Assembly (NCBI RefSeq): GCF_004010195.1
Contig: NC_057757.1
Location: 3,008,911-3,060,448 of the forward strand
Length of the DNA: 51,538 nt
Reading direction: 5' to 3'
Origin: Chiloscyllium plagiosum
Taxonomy: Eukaryota
Shown here: positions 1 to 11,745 of the stretch, piece after piece
Numbering within the stretch: position 1 is the first letter of the stretch
Layout: each line of letters opens with the position of its first letter
Position numbers and translations under genes: made by a program
Notes under the pieces: generated by a model
The model's database searches: none
What the model was told of the DNA's origin: nothing
What the model saw: the letters and a program-made list of their open reading frames with translations, nothing else

Positions 1-135
1 GTGTGTGTGTGACAGGGTGAGAGTGAGTGTGTGTGAGTTTGTGTGTGTGTGTGACAGAGAGACAGTGAGAGTATGTGTGTGAGAGTCAGGGTAAGAGTGA
101 CTGTGTGTGTGTCTGTGTGAGAGAGAGCGTGCGTA
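1..135. repeat. Degenerate (GT)n/(GA)n microsatellite
   Basis: Interrupted GT/GA dinucleotide run. Confidence 0.9.
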
Positions 136-700
136 TATTAATTTTTTAAAGAAGGGAATATTTACATCATCTAGACTGTGTGTTGGGGATATTTGCAGCA
201 CAGTGTGAGTCAGTGTGTATTTGATAATGAGCCAGTTCACAGTTCCTGATCAGAGTAGGCCAGCTCAGTTACTCCTCATTTAGAAGCAGAGGTGATTGAG
301 GGCCATGCGATTGGTAACATCACTTACCTGGTTCCAAGGAAGATTATGGGTGACCAGTAGGAGTGGGACTAGAATAGGAAGCAGTGACCCCTCCAGCCTC
401 GATCTGAACAGGCTGGGAAACACTGGGTTCAGGTTGTGAACAGAATTATACAAATGTGCATACGTTCCACATTTAGATCCTTGTGTTACTGGGCAGGGAG
501 TCATCTTTACATTCAGACTAATCTGTCTTATTGGTGGATTTAATTTATCCCTTTGCTTGGCACGGACTGGATAGCCCAAAGTACCCTGAAGTCAACAAAA
601 CTGTTCAAATGATAGCAATTAATCATGAATGGTTCTTATTTCAAAGGGTTTGGACTAGCAGAGTTGGGAAGTCTTACTGCAACTAGACAAGGTGCTGGGG

Positions 701-798
701 GATTCCCCTGCTCCTCGGATGCTGCCTGACCTGCTGTGCTTTTCCAGCAACACCCTCTCGACTCTGATCTCCAACATCTGCCGTCCTCACTTTTGCCT
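701..798 (+). mobile_element. Short PLE-like terminal-repeat insertion with 11-bp TSD
   Basis: GATGCTGCCTGACCTGCTGTGCTTTTCCAGC core shared with copies at 5.5, 42.7, 44.6 and 45.7 kb; flanked by AGGTGCTGGGG at 690-700 and 799-809. Confidence 0.8.
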
Positions 799-1334
799 AG
801 GTGCTGGGGAGGCCATGTCTGGAGAAATGTGAGCAGTTTTGGTTCTTTATTTCAGAAAAGTTAATGATTTGTTGTACTTTCAAACAAACTTGTTGGTCTG
901 GAACCTGGTGGGGTGTGATTTTTTAACCTGATTCATTGGAGGTTCACTCAGATGATTGGAGGGATTGTCTTATGAGCAAAAGCTTAAACAGGTTTGTACT
1001 CTATTCCCTGGAGGTTAGAAAATTGAGAGGTGATCTCAGTGAAACATGTCAGATTCTTAAGGGTTTGACAGGGTCAATGCTGAGAGGATGTTTCCCCATC
1101 ATGGGAGAGTCTGGGACCAGAGGGTATAATCCCAGAATAAAAGGGCACCAGGTTAAGACTCAGATGAGGAGGAAGTTCCTCTCTCAAACAGTTGTGGGTC
1201 TTTGGAACGCCTTGCGACAGAGAGTTGTGGAGACAGAATCCTTGTGGATATTTAAGGTTAAGATCGATAGATTCTCGATCATTAGGGAAATGCAGGGTTA
1301 CAGAGAAATCGCAGGAAAGGAGACATTAGGAATG

Positions 1335-1458
1335 ATGTGGAGGTGCCGGTGTTGGACTGGGGTGGACAAAGTTAAAAATCACACAACACCAGGTTATAGT
1401 CCAACAGGTTTAATTGGGAGCACTAGCTTTCGGAGCGCTGCTCCTTCATCAGGTGGTC
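1335..1458 (-). mobile_element. Short PLE-like element (second family) carrying a hammerhead core, 7-bp TSD
   Basis: Interrupts CR1; AGGAATG at 1328-1334 and 1459-1465; related fragment on + strand at ~870-930. Confidence 0.8.
1421..1455 (-). ncRNA. Putative minimal type I hammerhead ribozyme
   Basis: Minus-strand RNA CAC-CUGAUGA-A-GGAGC-AGC-GCUCC-GAA-AGCU-A-GUG: conserved CUGANGA and GAAA boxes, 5-bp stem II, palindromic AGCU stem III, CAC/GUG stem I. Confidence 0.7.
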
Positions 1459-2000
1459 AGGAATGTCAGATCAGTCATGGACCTATCAATTGGTCGAGCA
1501 GGTTTGAAGGGCTGAATGGCCTCCTGTCCCTATTTCTAATCACCTTCTGGTAAAGTGGAGTGCTCCAGCAGCTCTCGGAGCTGGGCCGAGTGAGAGGGAT
1601 GGAGACTGGCACATTCTGTCAGCTTTGAACAAACAACAGAGCAGAAAGAATCTGTTCCCAGTTTAAACGCTCCTCCTAATAACCTCATTCAGTTGGAACC
1701 AGTCGGATCACACTAGCTTAGGACTAAGATGTAAAACTCTCAGGGCACTTGTAAATATGTATTGTCTGCTTTAATTATTCACTGTTAAATGACCATTGCT
1801 GCGGGAAAATAGTGTTCATTAACCAACTGTCATCGCTAACACTCTCCAGTTTCTCCAACTGCCAGAGGCGTACAGAACGCACGAGGAATTCCGAAAACAT
1901 GGCACTGATTACATTCAATGCCAGGACGTGACTCAGTCAGATTCACAGCCAGCACAGCCACTGGATCTCATAGCACCAGCTCATGTACACTATCAGGGAG

Positions 2001-3030
2001 TGTGTGTGTGTGTGTGTGGTGTGTCTGTGTGTGGTGTGTCTCTGTGTGTGTGTGTGGTGTGTCTCTGTGTGTGTGTGTGGTGTGTCTCTGTGTGTGTGTG
2101 TGGTGTGTCTCTGTGTGTGTGTGTGGTGTGTCTCTGTGTGTGTGTGTGGTGTGTCTCTGTGTGTGTGTGTGGTGTGTCTCTGTGTGTGTGTGTGGTGTGT
2201 CTCTGTGTGTGTGTGTGGTGTGTCTCTGTGTGTGTGTGTGGTGTGTCTCTGTGTGTGTGTGTGGTGTGTCTCTGTGTGTGTGTGTGGTGTGTCTCTGTGT
2301 GTGTGTGTGGTGTGTCTCTGTGTGTGTGTGTGGTGTGTCTCTGTGTGTGTGTGTGGTGTGTCTCTGTGTGTGTGGTGTGTCTGTGTGTGTGTGTGTGTGT
2401 GNNNNNNNNNNNNNNNNNNNNNNNNNNNNNNNNNNNNNNNNNNNNNNNNNNNNNNNNNNNNNNNNNNNNNNNNNNNNNNNNNNNNNNNNNNNNNNNNNNN
2501 NNNNNNNNNNNNNNNNNNNNNNNNNNNNNNNNNNNNNNNNNNNNNNNNNNNNNNNNNNNNNNNNNNNNNNNNNNNNNNNNNNNNNNNNNNNNNNNNNNNN
2601 NNNNNNNNNNNNNNNNNNNNNNNNNNNNNNNNNNNNNNNNNNNNNNNNNNNNNNNNNNNNNNNNNNNNNNNNNNNNNNNNNNNNNNNNNNNNNNNNNNNN
2701 NNNNNNNNNNNNNNNNNNNNNNNNNNNNNNNNNNNNNNNNNNNNNNNNNNNNNNNNNNNNNNNNNNNNNNNNNNNNNNNNNNNNNNNNNNNNNNNNNNNN
2801 NNNNNNNNNNNNNNNNNNNNNNNNNNNNNNNNNNNNNNNNNNNNNNNNNNNNNNNNNNNNNNNNNNNNNNNNNNNNNNNNNNNNNNNNNNNNNNNNNNNN
2901 NNTGTGTGTGTGTGAGTATGTGTGTCTCTGAGTGTGTGTCTGTGTGTGTGTGAGTGTGTGTCTGTGTGTCTCTGTGTGTCTGTGTCTGTGTGTGTGTGTG
3001 TGTATGTCTGTGTGTCTGTGTGTGTGTCTC
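2001..3030. repeat. GT-rich tandem repeat (23-bp period before the gap), spanning N-gap 2402-2902
   Basis: Unit CTCTGTGTGTGTGTGTGGTGTGT; GG marker recurs every 23 nt (2056, 2079...). Confidence 0.95.
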
Positions 3031-3496
3031 AGGGATGTGGTAACTCAGAATCAGAAGGCAGATTATACTCGGTAACTGAGCAGCGGTCTTCCAGAGTAGA
3101 GAACTCGAGAGAGACACCCCTTCTGAGTGCAGAAATCCCTCCTCATTCACAGCTAGCAGAGCTGCCCTGTGTTCTGAGATGGTGTTCCAGGTGGGTCACA
3201 CAGCCTTCCTGTATCTCACCTGTTGGAGGTTTCTACATCTGACTGCCAAAGTACAGGCCCAGACTTCTCATAGGACAATCCCACCACTGCATTAATCAGT
3301 CTAGTGAATCTCCACTGCATTCCCTACATTAAAGATACATCCTCCTTTGGGGAAGAGGACCAGAACTGCTTACAGTACACCAGATGCAGTCTGACCAGTG
3401 TTTGGGATGTGTGAATCAAAACTTATTTGCTTCAGTATACAAAACCCATTACAATAAAGGCAATTTCAGAACGGCTTGCAGAACTTCCAGCAACAT

Positions 3497-4159
3497 AATC
3501 ATAGAATCCCACAGTGTGGAAACAGGCCATTTGGCCCAACAAGTTTGTGGGCGGCATGGTGGCACAGTGCCTCACAGCGCCAGAGACCCGGGTTCAATTC
3601 CCGACTCAGGCGACTGACTGTGTGGAGTTTGCACCTTCTCCCCGTGTCTGCGTGGGTTTCCTCTGGGTGCTCCGGTTTCCTCCCACTGTCCAAAGATGTG
3701 CAGGTCAGGTGAATTGGCCATGCTAAATTGCCCATAATGTTAGGTAAGGGGTAAATGTAGGGGTATGGGTCTGAGTGGGTTGCACTTCGGAGGGTCAGTG
3801 TGGACTTGTTGGGCCGAAGGGCCTGTTTCCACACTGTAAGTAATCTAATCTAATCTAAAAGTTCATATTGACCTTCTGTCCAGTAACACACCCAGACCCA
3901 TTGCTCCTATGCTATTACTCTACATTTCCCCTGACTAATGCCCCCAACCTACACATCCCTGAACACTATGGGCAATTTAGCTTGGCCAATCCACCTGACC
4001 TGCACATCTTCGGACTGTGGGAGGAAACCAGAGCACCCGGAGGAAACCCACGCAGACACGGGGAGAACGTGCAAACTCCACACAGACTGAGTCTGGAATC
4101 GAACCCGGATCCCTGGTGCTGTGAGGTAGCAGTGCTAACCGCTGAGCCACAGCACCGCC
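3497..4159 (-). mobile_element. HE1-like SINE (minus strand), split by a nested plus-strand SINE
   Basis: Tail at 3497-3546, body at 3858-4159; tRNA-like head with A/B boxes on the minus strand at ~4095-4155. Confidence 0.85.
3549..3857 (+). mobile_element. HE1-like V-SINE, essentially full length
   Basis: GGGCGGCATGGTGGCACAGTG head, B-box GGTTCAATTCC, V-domain TGTGGAGTTTGCAC, CR1-like tail GGGCCGAAGGGCCTGTTTCC, (TAATC)n end. Confidence 0.95.
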
Positions 4160-5017
4160 AATTCAGATGAAGAGAAATGACCCACAGCCATTGGCTGAGA
4201 AGGAACTTAAAGAGAGATTTCTAATCAGGAAAGGAATCAAGGGTTGCAGAGAGACGGTTGGAACATGGAGCTGAGGATAATCAGCTTTTGTACAGTCTCA
4301 GTGACTGACTGAGCAGACATGATGGGCTGAATGGTCTGGTTTGTCTAAGGTCTCACACAGCGTAATGGCTTACACACAGAAGCGTGTTTTGGATTGACTA
4401 GTTGGCCGGGGAGTGGAGGAGAGAGGGGCCAACAGTAAAACAGAGTTATATAAACTCTCAATCTGTTCCCTACCTCAGTGCAAACGATATCTGCTCATTA
4501 ATGAGGTGCCTTCAGCGAGCGTGCTCTTTTTTTTTAATTCACCGAAAACGCTCCATAATTTCATTCCTGTAAACAGGGCTCTGCGTCAGTGATGGGCACC
4601 TATGCAAAAATCGATGAATCCCTCAGCATTTCAGCAGCAGCTCTGAAATTGCACAGCCTCTGGTATCAAATTATGCCAGACTCTGTCACTTGGTAATTAA
4701 GGTAATGAGAACCCAGTGAAAAGAAATATTATTTCATAAGTTATTAGAAATGAGTAGATAACAAGAAATAGAAAGACAGTGCCTCTGGCCATCGTTCAGT
4801 AGGAGTGCCATCAATACACTTGCTTCCAAGTTCCAAAGGTGTAAGATTGATGGACAATCAAACTGAATTCTCTCCCGAGAATGGAGCAGAAATTGAATTG
4901 AATTTAAATTCTCGGTCACAGCAACATCTGAGGAAAAAGATAGATTGACTCCACCACATCCTGGAGATCATTTTCTGGCTCTCTCCTTTGTAATGGATTG
5001 AATTATCTTACTCCACC

Positions 5018-5054
<37 letters not shown>

Positions 5055-5089
5055 GTATTGCAAGAACAGAATGGGTTAAAGGGAATGTT

Positions 5090-5440
5090 GCACTAACAAC
5101 CTGCATTTGTATAGCAAAGTACAGCCAGTGTGCGAAATGAATCACGACGCTATGAATTTGAGACTGATCCATCAGAAGAGATGGTTGGTCAATGACAAAA
5201 CAGATTTGATCAAGGTGTTGGGAGGGAGCGTTGAAAAGTCAGGAAGAGAGGGAGAGGTTTAACCCAGACACAGGGGCCCAGGCAGCTGAAGGTATGGCCA
5301 ACAATGATGGCGTGTTGGAAACTGGGACCAGAATTGGAGGAGGATTCCGAGGGTTGTGGGGTTGGAAGAGGGTCCAGCTGGGGGGAAGAGGTGAAGACAT
5401 GGAGGATCATGGAAACGAATATTAAAACAGAGGTGCTGTC
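5090..5440 (-). mobile_element. Decayed L2 LINE 3' region
   Basis: Minus-strand translation IVGHTFSCLGP resembles the L2 ORF2 C-terminus; L2-like tail CTATACAAATGCAGGTTGTT. Confidence 0.6.
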
Positions 5441-5454
5441 AGACTGGGGGACAT

Positions 5455-5532
5455 CCCGACAAAGGGTTCCAGCCCGAAGCATTGACATTCCCGTTCCTGG
5501 GGTGCTGTCTGACCTGCTGTGCTTTTCCAGCC
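5455..5532 (+). mobile_element. Decayed PLE-like short element with degenerate hammerhead core
   Basis: CCGACAAAGGGTTCCAGCCCGAAGCATTG followed by CTGACCTGCTGTGCTTTTCCAGC. Confidence 0.65.
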
Positions 5533-5696
5533 TGACATGGGTTGAGACTGGGAGTCAATGTGAAATTCCCATTTCGAATCATGGGCAGTGTTGGGGAAAT
5601 GGGGATTCAGTGTGAGTACAGAAACACACTGCACTGGGCAGCATTCCCTCTATCCGCACTTCTCAGCAATTAGCAACAATCTGTCTCCTCCATAAT

Positions 5697-8600
5697 CAGT
5701 ATCCAGTCCCGGTCAGTGCTCAGAGCCCAGTCCCGGTCAGTGCTCAGTGCCCAGTCCCGGTTAGTGCTCAGAGCCCAGTCCCGGTCAGTGCTCAGAGCCC
5801 AGTCCCGGTCAGTGCTCAGTGCCCATTCCCGGTCAGTGCTCAGAGCCCAGTCCCGGTCAGTGCTCAGTGCCCAGTCCCGGTCAGTGCTCAGTGCCCAGTC
5901 CCGGTCAGTGCTCAGATCCAGTCCCGGTCAGTGCTCAGTGTCCAGTCCCGGTCAGTGCTCAGTATCCAGTCCTGGTCAGTGCTCAGTATCCAGTCCCGGT
6001 CAGTGCTCAGTATCCAGTCCTGGTCAGTGCTCAGAGCCCAGTCCCGGTCAGTGCCCAGTATCCAGTCCCGGTCAGTATCCAGTCCCGGTCAGTGCTCAGT
6101 ATCCAGTCCTGGTCAGTGCTCAGTGCCCAGTCCCGGTCAGTGCTCAGTATCCAGTCCTGGTCAGTATCCAGTCCCGGACAATGCTCAGTATCCAGTCCTG
6201 GTCAGTGCTCAGTATCCAGTCCCGGTCAGTGCTCAGTGCCCAGTCCCGCTCAGTGCTCAGTATCCAGTCCCGGTCAGTACTCAGTATCCAGTCCCGGTCA
6301 GTATCCAGTCCTGGTCAGTGCTCAGTATCCAGTCCCGGTCAGTGCTCAGTATCCAGTCCCGGTCAGTGCACAGTGCCCAGTCCCGGTCAGTGCTCAGTAT
6401 CCAGTCCTGGTCAGTGCTCAGTATCCAGTCCCGGTCAGTGCTCAGTATTCAGTCCCGGTCAGTGCTCAGTGCCCAGTCCCGGTCAGTGCTCAGTATCCAG
6501 TCCCGGTCAGTATCCAGTCCTGGTCAGTATCCAGTCCTGGTCAGTGCTCAGTATCCAGTCCTGGTCAGTATCCAGTCCTGGTCAGTTCTCAGTATCCAGT
6601 CCTGGTCAGTATCCAGTCCCGGACAATGCTCAGTATCCAGTCCTGGTCAGTATCCAGTCCCGGACAATGCTCAGTATCCAGTCCCGGTCAGTGCTCAGTG
6701 CCCAGTCCCGGTCAGTGCTCAGTATCCAGTCCTGGTCAGTATCCAGTCCTGGACAATGCTCAGTATCCAGTCCTGGTCAGTGCTCAGTATCCAGTCACGG
6801 TCAGTGCTCAGTGCCCAGTCCCGGTCAGTGCTCAGTATCCAGTCCCGGTCAGTGCTCAGTATCCAGTCCCGGTCAGTATCCAGTCCTGGTCAGTGCTCAG
6901 TATCCAGTCCCTGTCAGTGCTCAGTGCCCAGTCTCGGTCAGTGCTCAGTATCCAGTCCCGGTCAGTATCCAGTCCTGGTCAGTATCCAGTCCTGGTCAGT
7001 GCTCAGTATCCAGTCCTGGTCAGTATCCAGTCCTGGTCAGTGCTCAGTATCCAGGCCTGGTCAGTATCCAGTCCTGGTCAGTGCTCAGTATCCAGTCACG
7101 GTCAGTGCTCAGTATCCAGTCCTGGTCAGTATCCAGTCCTGGTCAGTTCTCAGAATCCAGTCCCGGTCAGTGCTCAGTAACCAGTCCTGGTCAGTATCCA
7201 GTCCTGGTCAGTGCTCAATATCCAGTCCCGGTCAGTGCTCAGTATCCAGTCCTGGTCAGTATCCAGTCCCGGACAATGCTCAGTATCCAGTCCTGGTCAG
7301 TGCCCAGTCCTGGTCAGTGCTCAGTGTCAGTCCCGGTCAGTGCTCAGTATCCAGTCCCGGCCAGTGCTCAGTATCCAGTCCCGGTCATTATCCAGTCCTG
7401 GTCAGTGCTCAGTATCCAGTCCCGGTCAGTGCTCAGTATCCAGTCCTGGTCAGTATCCAGTCCTGGTAAGTGCTCAGTATCCAGTCCCGGTCAGTGCTCA
7501 GTGCCCAGTCCCGGTCAGTGCTCAGTCTCCAGTCCCGGTCAGTGCTCAGTATCCAGTCGTCAGTGCCCAGTCCTGGTCAGTGCTCAGTGTCAGTCCCGGT
7601 CAGTGCTCAGTATCCAGTCCTGGTCAGTATCCAGTCCTGGTCAGTGCCCAGTATCCAGTCCCGGTCAGTGCTCAGTGCCCAGTCCTGTTCAGTGGTCAGT
7701 ATCCAGTCCCGGTCAGTGCTCAGTGCCCAGTCCCGGTCAGTGCTCCGTATCCAGTCCCGGTCAGTATCCAGTCCTGGTCAGTGCTCAGTATCCAGTCCTG
7801 GTCAGTATCCTGTCCTGGTCAGTGCTCAGTATCCAGTCCCGGTCAGTGCTCAGTATCCAGTCCCGGTCAGTGCTCAGTATCCAGTCCCGGTCAGTGCTCA
7901 GTATCCAGTCCCGGTCAGTGCTCAGTATCCAGTCCCGGTCAGTGCTCAGTATCCAGTCCCGGTCAGTGCTCAGTATCCAGTCCCGGTCAGTGCTCAGTAT
8001 CCAGTCCCGGTCAGTGCTCAGTATCCAGTCCCGGTCAGTGCTCAGTATCCAGTCCCGGTCAGTGCTCAGTATCCAGTCCCGGTCAGTGCTCAGTATCCAG
8101 TCCCGGTCAGTGCTCAGTATCCAGTCCCGGTCAGTGCTCAGTATCCAGTCCCGGTCAGTGCTCAGTATCCAGTCCCGGTCAGTGCTCAGTATCCAGTCCC
8201 GGTCAGTGCTCAGTATCCAGTCCCGGTCAGTGCTCAGTATCCAGTCCCGGTCAGTGCTCAGTATCCAGTCCCGGTCAGTGCTCAGTATCCAGTCCCGGTC
8301 AGTGCTCAGTATCCAGTCCCGGTCAGTGCTCAGTATCCAGTCCCGGTCAGTGCTCAGTATCCAGTCCCGGTCAGTGCTCAGTATCCAGTCCTGGTCAGTA
8401 TCCAGTCCTGGTCAGTGCTCAGTATCCAGTCCTGGAGTGTGCTCAGTATCCAGTCCTGGTCAGTATCCAGTCCTGGTCAGTGCTCAGTATCCAGTCCTGG
8501 AGTGTGCTCAGTATCCAGTCCTGGTCAGTATCCAGTCCTGGTCAGTGCTCAGTATCCAGTCCTGGAGTGTGCTCAGTATCCAGTCCTGGTCAGTATCCAG

Positions 8601-11445
8601 TCCTGGTCAGTGCTCAGTATCCAGTCCTGGAGTGTGCTCAGTATCCAGTCCTGGTCAGTATCCAGTCCTGGTCAGTGCTCAGTATCCAGTCCTGGAGTGT
8701 GCTCAGTATCCAGTCCTGGTCAGTATCCAGTCCTGGTCAGTGCTCAGTATCCAGTCCTGGAGTGTGCTCAGTATCCAGTCCTGGTCAGTATCCAGTCCTG
8801 GTCAGTGCTCAGTATCCAGTCCTGGAGTGTGCTCAGTATCCAGTCCTGGTCAGTATCCAGTCCTGGTCAGTGCTCAGTATCCAGTCCTGGAGTGTGCTCA
8901 GTATCCAGTCCTGGTCAGTATCCAGTCCTGGTCAGTGCTCAGTATCCAGTCCCGGTCAGTATCCAGTCCCGGTCAGTGCTCAGTGCCCAGTCCCGGTCAG
9001 TGCTCAGTATCCAGTCCTGGTCAGTGCTCAGTATCCAGTCCTGGTCAGTGCTCAGTATCCAGTCCCGGTCAGTATCCAGTCCTGGTCAGTAACCAGTCCT
9101 GGTCAGTATCCAGTCGTGGTCAGTGCTCCGTGCCCAGTCCCGGTCAGTGCTCAGTGCCCAGTCCCGGTCAGTGCTCAGTATCCAGTCCTGGAGTGTGCTC
9201 AGTATCCAGTCCTGGTCAGTGCTCAGTATCCAGTCCCGGTCAGTATCCAGTGCTGGTCAGTATTCAGTCCTGGTCAGTATCCAGTCCCGGACAATGCTCA
9301 GTATCCAGTCCTGGTTAGTATCCAGTCCCGGTCAGTGCTCAGTGCCCAGTCCCGGTCAGTGCTCAGTATCCAGTCCTGGTCAGTATCCAGTCCCAGACAA
9401 TGCTCAGTATCCAGTCCTGGTCAGTGCTCAGTGCCCAGTCCCGGTCAGTGCTCAGTATCCAGTCCTGGTCAGTATCCAGTCCCGGACAATGCTCAGTATC
9501 CAGTCCTGGTCAGTGCTCAGTATCCAGTCCCGGTCAGTGCTCAGTGCCCAGTCCCGGTCAGTGCTCAGTATCCAGTCCTGGTTAGTGCTCAGTATCCAGT
9601 CCTGGTCAGTGCTCAGTATCCAGTCCTGGTCAGTATCTAGTCCTGGACAGTGCTCAGTGTCCTGTCCCGGTCAGTGCTCAGTATCCAGTCCTGGTCAGTA
9701 TCCAGTCCCGGTCAGTGCTCAGTATCCAGTCCCGGTCAGTGCTCAGTGTCCAGTCCCGGTCAGTGCTCAGTATCCAGTCCCGGTCAGTGCTCAGTATCCA
9801 GTCCTGGTCAGTGCTCAGTATCCAGTCCTGGTCAGTGCTCAGTGCCCAGTCCCGGTCAGTGCTCAGTGCCCAGTCCCGGTCAGTGCTCAGTATCCAGTCC
9901 CGGACAGAGCTCAGTGCCCAGTTCCGGTCAGTGCTCAGTATCCAGTCCCGGTCAGTGCTCAGTGCCCAGTCCCGGTCAGTGCTCAGTGCCCAGTCCCGGT
10001 CAGTGCTCAGTATCCAGTCCCGGTCAGTGCTCAGTGCCCAGTCCCGTTCAGTGCTCAGTATCCAGTCCCGGTCAGTATCCAGTCCTGGTCAGTGCTCAGT
10101 ATCCAGTCCTGGTCAGTATCCAGTCCTGGTCAGTGCTCAGTATCCAGTCCTGGTCAGTATCCAGTCCTGGTCAGTGCTCACTATCCAGTCACGGTCAGTG
10201 CTCAGTATCCAGTCCTGGTCAGTATCCAGTCCTGGTCAGTTCTCAGTATCCAGTCCCGATCAGTGCTCAGTATCCAGTCCTGGTCAGTATCCAGTCCTGG
10301 TCAGTGCTCAATATCCAGTCCCGGTCAGTGCTCAGTATCCAGTCCTGGTCAGTATCCTGTCCTGGTCAGTGCTCAGTATCCAGTCCCGGTCAGTGCTCAG
10401 TGCCCAGTCCCGTTCAGTATCCAGTCCCGGTCAGTGCTCAGTATCCAGTCCCGGTCAGTGCTCAGTATCCAGTCCCGGTCAGTGCTCCGTATCCAGTCCC
10501 GGTCAGTATCCAATCCCGGTCAGTGCTCAGTATCCAGTCCTGGTCAGTGCTCAGTATCCAGTCCCGGTCAGTGCTCGGTATCCAGTCCCGGTCAGTGCTC
10601 AGTATCCAGTCCTGGTCAGTGCTCAGTGCTCAGTCCCGGTCAGTGCTCAGTATCCAGTCCTGGTCAGTGCTCAGTATCCAGTCCCGGTCAGTGCTCAGTA
10701 TCCAGTCCCGGTCAGTATCCAGTCCCGGTCAGTGCTCAGTATCCAGTCCTGGTCAGTGCTCAGTGCTCAGTCCCGGTCAGTGCTCAGTATCCAGTCCTGG
10801 TCAGTGCTCAGTATCCAGTCCTGGTCAGTGCTCAGTATCCAGTCCCGGTCAGTATCCAGTCCTGGTCATTGCTCAGTATCCAGTCCCGGTCAGTGCTCAG
10901 TATCCAGTCCCGGTCAGTATCCAGTCCCGGTCAGTGCTCAGTATCCAGTCCTGGTCAGTGCTCAGTGCTCAGTCCCGTTCAGTATCCAATCCTGGTCAGT
11001 GCTCAGTGCCCAGTCTCGGTCAGTGCTCAGTATCCAGTCCCGGTCAGTGCTCAGTATCCAGTCCCGGTCAGTGCTCAGTATCCAGTCCTGGTCAGTGCTC
11101 AGTGCTCAGTCCCGGTCAGTGCCCAGTATCCAGTCCTGGTCAGTGCTCAGTGCTCAGTCCTGGTCAGTGCTCAGTATCCAGTCCTGGTCAGTGCTCAGTG
11201 CTCAGTCCTGGTCAGTGCCCAGTCCTGGTCAGTATCCAGTCCCGGTCAGTGCTCAGTATCCAGTCCTGGTCAGTGCTCAGTCCCGGTCAGTGCTCAGTAT
11301 CCAGTCCCGGTCAGTGCTCAGTATCCAGTCCTGGTCAGTGCTCAGTGCTCAGTCCCGGTCAGTGCTCAGTATCCAGTCCCGGTCAGTGCTCAGTCCCGGT
11401 CAGTGCCCAGTCCTGGTCAGTATCCAGTCCCGGTCAGCACTCAGT
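5697..11445. repeat. ~5.7-kb minisatellite of 24-bp (CAGTATCCAGTCCCGGTCAGTGCT) and 17-bp (CAGTATCCAGTCCTGGT) units
   Basis: Directly visible; near-perfect 24-mer block ~7824-8390; 65-bp higher-order block ~8397-8930. Confidence 0.98.
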
Positions 11446-11619
11446 GTTGTTTTACCTCGTTGTTACTTCCCACCCAGCTCCATGTTCTCCTCAGCCCCCT
11501 CCTCCCAGGGGCAGACTCATTGGGCTGGAGTTGAACAGCTAATAGATGTTGAATCAGACTCCCTCTTCCCACAACCCTCCCACCCCAATATGAACCCAGT
11601 GCAAACCCCCCCTTCCATC

Positions 11620-11745
11620 ACAGAACACGAGAAACAACTGCAGGCACTGGAGAAACTCAGCGGGTCTGGCAGCATCTGTGGAGAGAGAGAGAGAGAGAAA
11701 AACAAAGCTGATGTTTTTGAATCCAGCGATCTGCCCCCTTCCATT
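11620..11745 (-). mobile_element. PLE-like terminal-repeat remnant
   Basis: CTGGAGAAACTCAGCGGGTCTGGCAGCATCTGTGGAGAGA is the reverse complement of the 50680-50725 motif. Confidence 0.6.

Larger units (their letters stand above)
617..1550 (+). mobile_element. Decayed CR1 LINE 3' portion, interrupted by short PLE-like inserts
   Basis: Translation LYSLEVRKLRGDLSETCQILKG...RRKFLSQTVVGLWNAL...FKVKIDRF matches the CR1 ORF2 C-terminus; CR1-type 3' UTR GAAGGGCTGAATGGCCTCCT. Confidence 0.9.

Noticed and set aside
1918..3242. Cys/Val- or His/Thr-rich ORFs
   Set aside because: GT microsatellite plus N-gap artefact.
3510..3570. CACAGTG heptamers suggesting V(D)J recombination signals
   Set aside because: They are part of the SINE consensus; no correctly spaced nonamer and no Ig/TCR segments were seen.
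3549..3620. tRNA genes at SINE heads (also 12867, 23854, 36990, 39996, 49140)
   Set aside because: A/B boxes are present, but they are followed by the SINE V-domain and LINE tail with no complete cloverleaf; these are tRNA-derived SINE heads.
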